Translations under genes and position numbers: made by a program
In this document: positions 60,191-64,000 of the stretch, one piece after another
How the letters are laid out: each line of letters starts with the position of its first letter
How positions within the stretch are numbered: position 1 is the stretch's first letter
Assembly: GCA_964342815.1 (NCBI GenBank)
Contig: CAYFHS010000005.1
Location: forward strand, 32,001 to 96,000
Source of the DNA: an uncultured archaeon
GTDB lineage: Archaea > Thermoplasmatota > Penumbrarchaeia > JASLWR01
DNA: 64,000 nucleotides
Direction: 5' to 3'
The notes under the pieces: generated by a model
What the model saw: only the letters and a program-made list of their open reading frames with translations
What the model was told of the DNA's origin: nothing
The model's database searches: none

Positions 60191-61222
60191 ATGTTCCCAA
60201 CCCTTGTCACTTACCGGGACAATATCTTCTCCGCTTATCAATGAAATATCTTTTCCCGTTACCTTCCCTATTGGCGTTAAGACCGGCAGTTTCTCGTCTT
60301 TCTCGAACATTCTTTCCACCCGTTCCAAGTCCCTTTCGGCCACGGTAAACAAAAGACCGAAATCGCCCCCCCGGTATAAAGCTGACTCAACCGCTTCGTC
60401 TTCGCTTAATCCGGAAAGTTCCAGGTCGGGATCCAAGGGAAGTTGGTTTCGCTCTACTAGAAAACCAATCCCGTTCTGACGCGACAGCTCGTGCAGCGAC
60501 ATTGCCAGTCCGTCGGAGTTGTCCATTCCCGAACTGACGAGTTTGGATTTTGATAGGGAAAGTCCTGCTTCCACATGCGGTAATATCTTGAGCATCTTTT
60601 CGTAATATTCATACGCACCTTCGCTATTCTTGACATGCCAATATGGACTTCCCACCCCTTTTTCGAACGACTTCATTTGAATATAATCATTTACCATTCT
60701 CAGAGCCGCTATCCCGCGTCCAAGTGTGCCTGTGACGCAAACGATGTCCCCCTCACTGCATCCTTTTCGGGAGATGAACCGGTCTGACTTGCATCTACCG
60801 ATAGCAGTGGGAGCCATTATGAGCGAAGGGGCGAACTTTGTATCGCCTCCGATCACCGGCATGTCGTATCTTTTGGCGCAGTCGTTGAAACCCGACAGCA
60901 ATAATTCGAACCAGGATAATGGAAAATCAGAGGGAAGAGCAACGTCAAGTAATATACCTGAAGGTTTTCCCCCCTTGGCTGCCAGGTCCGAGAGGTTCAC
61001 TGCCGCCGCATACCATCCGCATAGACTCGGGGGTGATCCCGCCGGAAAATGAGTGGTCGAGCACGTAAGATCGCTGGTGACAAGAATAAGTCCGGTTCCC
61101 GAGGTCAAGGCCGCTGTGTCGTCCCCAATACCAACGGCGATCCCAAGTAAGGAGACGTTCCGGGAAAAAATATTACGGGCGATCTCGACGAGCTTCTTCT
61201 CTCCAACGTCAGACACACGCAT
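60128..61222 (-). CDS. thiL: Thiamine-monophosphate kinase
   Basis: GIGDDTA, VNLSDLAAKGG, GGDT, MDNSDGL and KGWEH. Confidence 0.92.
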   Translation of the reverse strand: MRVSDVGEKKLVEIARNIFSRNVSLLGIAVGIGDDTAALTSGTGLILVTSDLTCSTTHFPAGSPPSLCGWYAAAVNLSDLAAKGGKPSGILLDVALPSDFPLSWFELLLSGFNDCAKRYDMPVIGGDTKFAPSLIMAPTAIGRCKSDRFISRKGCSEGDIVCVTGTLGRGIAALRMVNDYIQMKSFEKGVGSPYWHVKNSEGAYEYYEKMLKILPHVEAGLSLSKSKLVSSGMDNSDGLAMSLHELSRQNGIGFLVERNQLPLDPDLELSGLSEDEAVESALYRGGDFGLLFTVAERDLERVERMFEKDEKLPVLTPIGKVTGKDISLISGEDIVPVSDKGWEHLRVKPSHSGTSLPRSQSKCS

Positions 61223-61282
61223 GGAATCACGAAAAAGATGTCCGGGGCAGTTATACCCCTCTATGAAGAGTATTGTGAATGC

Positions 61283-61576
61283 TTAAGCCTTCATTATGCA
61301 GAACAGGAACAAAAGCAATCCAACAATGGCCCCAATCCCCGCTCCGAGGATGCCCAGAAGATGTTCCCGTATCCAGACCTCTGTAATACTGCCGAATTCA
61401 GCAAACTGCGTGACTACAACGAAAGCAACACAAAAAAGTCCTATCAGCATGAGTATTGTGCCTATCGATCTGCTCTTGCCAGCACCGAAATAAGCGGCAA
61501 AAACACCAGTGACCAGTGTGGTCACGCCAAACCAAAGTATCAAGCTTATTATGAAAATCGATAAAAGGGGTCCCAT
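61283..61576 (-). CDS. Small three-TM membrane protein
   Basis: 97 aa, hydrophobic, FGAGKSRSIG loop; GGAGGT SD upstream. Confidence 0.75.
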   Translation of the reverse strand: MGPLLSIFIISLILWFGVTTLVTGVFAAYFGAGKSRSIGTILMLIGLFCVAFVVVTQFAEFGSITEVWIREHLLGILGAGIGAIVGLLLFLFCIMKA

Positions 61577-61709
61577 GGGATACCTCCAAATCTCTACATA
61601 CCCGGAAATGAGTGATACTATATATTAACTTTGTTTTCTCCTTGCTGGAAATATAACCTTGCCGATGCTGGATTGGAACAAGCCGCTAAAGCTCGAAGTT
61701 TGCGCTACT

Positions 61710-61943
61710 CTAGAATTTGATTCCAGTAAGTGTTTTCGTATCAATAACACCCTCGATTGATCGTATACCGTCAACCACTATCTTTCCCAATTCGTTAAAA
61801 TCTTCGGTCTCGAGTTTTGCTATAAGATCGTACTCACCGAAGAGCGGATGCAGCTCGATGATGTCCGGAAGTTCTTTAAGCTTGTTGAATACTTCATGTT
61901 CCTTAGCAGGTGCAGTGCTTATCAATACGTAACCTATTGCCAT
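61710..61943 (-). CDS. Stand-alone Lrp/AsnC ligand-binding (RAM) domain protein
   Basis: GYVLI..HPLFGEYDLIAKLE..IRSIEGVIDTKT. Confidence 0.88.
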   Translation of the reverse strand: MAIGYVLISTAPAKEHEVFNKLKELPDIIELHPLFGEYDLIAKLETEDFNELGKIVVDGIRSIEGVIDTKTLTGIKF

Positions 61944-62282
61944 ATTACTCCCGTTTTAAATATCAGAATCGTCTCTATATAATGGTTTGTGTTGAATTGG
62001 TTTTTTTTATCATTTAGGAAATACAGACCATGCCCACTTTGTTCGGCAGAATCAAAGATTCTGCTGCACCTTCGATTTCCCCCGAAAATCTGCAGGTTCA
62101 GTCGATTTTTTTCGTCAATCGCGAGAACTGTACCCCCCTCTTTTTTTGGGCTGCTTTTTCCAAAAAAGTAGTTTTGGGCCGCTTTTTTTTCTAAAAAAAG
62201 TGATTTTTCATCATTTTGGGGAATACAATTCGTCAAAAAATGCAAACTGAGAGGTGGTGGCGGGTCTACATTTAAGAGGATA

Positions 62283-64000
62283 CTATTTCCTCACAGCCCA
62301 AAGGAAAGCCAGGGTCAACACAGTACCCAGAACTATAATACCGGCAACAGCCATGATCCAGTAGGCGACACCCCCCATTACCCCCGAAGAACCTTCGATT
62401 AACACGGGTTTCTCGATACTATTGTCCTGTTTGTCCTTTTCCACTATGAGGTTATCCGGATCCACTACCACTTTGAGCTTGCATTCCGAAATATCCGGGA
62501 CCTTCCACGTAAAGGCTACCATCTGAGTATTTCCAGCAAGGATCGTTCTGATCGGCATGGTGGCGACAGCCTGTCCGTCCACATAGAGACGGACCTGGAC
62601 ATCTTCCGCGCGAATATCTCCGGTGTTCTTAATGTTGACCATCACTGATACAAGCTCACCCGTTTCAATGCTGCCGGGGAGCTCGATGTCGCCTACAAAT
62701 GTGAGATCGGCATTCCTTACGCTTACCGTGGATTGTATCACAGGAAGTTCGAGACCAGGTGAGCTAATGCAAAATGAACTAACGTTGAAACTGACATCTC
62801 TCGCTGAGGCATACCGCGGTATCTCTACGGTCAGCGTAACCCAGGCAACACCTTTCCTAGGGATCCTGATAGTTATTTCATTAAGAATGATGAGTTCTTC
62901 TCTCATGTTGCTTGGTTCATACGCAGTGCTGCGGTCAAGGTTAGTTACGTCCACGGTCTGGGTGAAATCTACGAATTCCACATTATTGATGCCTGATATC
63001 TGTTCATCCAGGGAAACACTCGAAAAGAAAATCGTCCATGGTTTTCTTATACCAGTTGCCGGGTAGATATCCATGGGGAGATCCTCGATATTGAGCTGTA
63101 TCTCGTCCCAGGCATTTCCTTCATTACGCACGCAGATCCGGAAAAGGGTAAAAGCACCAGGTTCGGTGATCTCAATATCTCCGGATGAGAATATTTCAAC
63201 TGAAGACTTCCGGTTTACCTGTACGGAAAGGAAGAGATATTCGAAATTCTCCTCGCCGCTGATGTTGACAATTATAGAAAACGGGTCGAAGCTCGGGGTT
63301 TCCGGGATACCGTCTGCAAGAGCATTAAAGGGGACCGTTATATCCAACCTCAGGTTAACGGTTTGGAACGGTTCCAGTGTGACATAATCTACTGACAATC
63401 CTTCAAAAAGGAAATCGAATTCCCAGTCAATTTCAAGTTGGAACATGTAGAAGTTTGCTCCGGTCAAACCATTGCCGAGATTGCTCACTGATAGATTTAG
63501 GGAAATTTTATCACCAGGATTCAGGTTATAATAGTCGGTGTCCTCAAGAGAAGCGCTGATCAAACAGAAGCGGTTTACTATGGTTGTAAGGTATACCGAA
63601 TCCACAACCTTATCAACGGAGGGCATATTCACCTTCACCTCAAGAACACAGCGGGAACCTTCGAGAGCGCCTTTTGGTGCCGTCATGGTTATGGAAACGG
63701 TCTTTTTCTGCCTGGCTTGTAAAATGATCGTAGGCATGTCGGTAACGGCAGTCCATCCCGATATCATCGGGCCCAGCTGGATCTCAATATTCTCTCGGCT
63801 GTTTCCATTGTTTCTGACGCTTATCAAAAAGGTGACGGATTTTCCCGGATCAACGTATTTCACAGCCTCCTCGCATTCGATCTCCACTGCCCGGAACGCG
63901 CTGACCTCGAAGATGATCTCATCATCGTGCTTTCCCTTTGCGTCCTGCCCGCTCAGTTTGGAGAGATATGATTCGCCAACAGCAGTAACTATCGCCGTCT
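62283..64000 (-). CDS. Surface protein with NEW3/NPCBM-associated-like Ig repeats and CARDB domain, C-terminal TM; 5'-partial
   Basis: V.PG.SVTF.I.V.N.GN..D.I.L repeats; VNIKNTG..VVVDPDNLIVEKDKQDN CARDB-like. I checked that the frame stays open from 63887 to the window edge. Confidence 0.82.
   Translation of the reverse strand, partial: TAIVTAVGESYLSKLSGQDAKGKHDDEIIFEVSAFRAVEIECEEAVKYVDPGKSVTFLISVRNNGNSRENIEIQLGPMISGWTAVTDMPTIILQARQKKTVSITMTAPKGALEGSRCVLEVKVNMPSVDKVVDSVYLTTIVNRFCLISASLEDTDYYNLNPGDKISLNLSVSNLGNGLTGANFYMFQLEIDWEFDFLFEGLSVDYVTLEPFQTVNLRLDITVPFNALADGIPETPSFDPFSIIVNISGEENFEYLFLSVQVNRKSSVEIFSSGDIEITEPGAFTLFRICVRNEGNAWDEIQLNIEDLPMDIYPATGIRKPWTIFFSSVSLDEQISGINNVEFVDFTQTVDVTNLDRSTAYEPSNMREELIILNEITIRIPRKGVAWVTLTVEIPRYASARDVSFNVSSFCISSPGLELPVIQSTVSVRNADLTFVGDIELPGSIETGELVSVMVNIKNTGDIRAEDVQVRLYVDGQAVATMPIRTILAGNTQMVAFTWKVPDISECKLKVVVDPDNLIVEKDKQDNSIEKPVLIEGSSGVMGGVAYWIMAVAGIIVLGTVLTLAFLWAVRK

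Noticed and set aside
61934-62245. 103-aa minus-strand ORF and 60-aa plus-strand ORF
   Set aside because: Dominated by homopolymer runs with F/K-biased translation; more consistent with non-coding DNA.

Overview
Archaeal chromosomal segment. TiaS, archaeal-type ProRS, XPD, DUF835, a stand-alone Lrp/AsnC domain, an intron-containing tRNA-Thr and many single-pass surface proteins together suggest an uncultured Thermoplasmatota lineage; this taxonomy is an inference. Content: (i) large secreted or membrane-anchored proteins, including WD40, FG-GAP, M14 carboxypeptidase, PKD/cadherin, TolB-like and CARDB types plus a receptor-type Ser/Thr kinase; (ii) a metabolic block with two tandem DapA-like aldolase/Fae fusions, thl-hbd-crt-bcd, a non-canonical thiolase-like pair with a DUF35 pair, and fhs; (iii) housekeeping genes tiaS, xpd, hflX, proS and thiL; (iv) four tRNAs: Gln-UUG, Thr-GGU with intron, Leu-CAG and Phe-GAA; (v) ABC transporters and a nikR facing an uncharacterised His-rich membrane protein. 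No integrase, transposase, cas gene or CRISPR array was recognised. Most unusual items: the aldolase-Fae pair with complementary motif loss; two proteins with adaptin-appendage-like regions; a 47-aa C-terminal module shared by two transmembrane receptors; and a tRNA-Leu flanked by two mutually inverted repeat arrays built on its own end sequences. All domain calls are by-eye motif recognition, with no database searches run.
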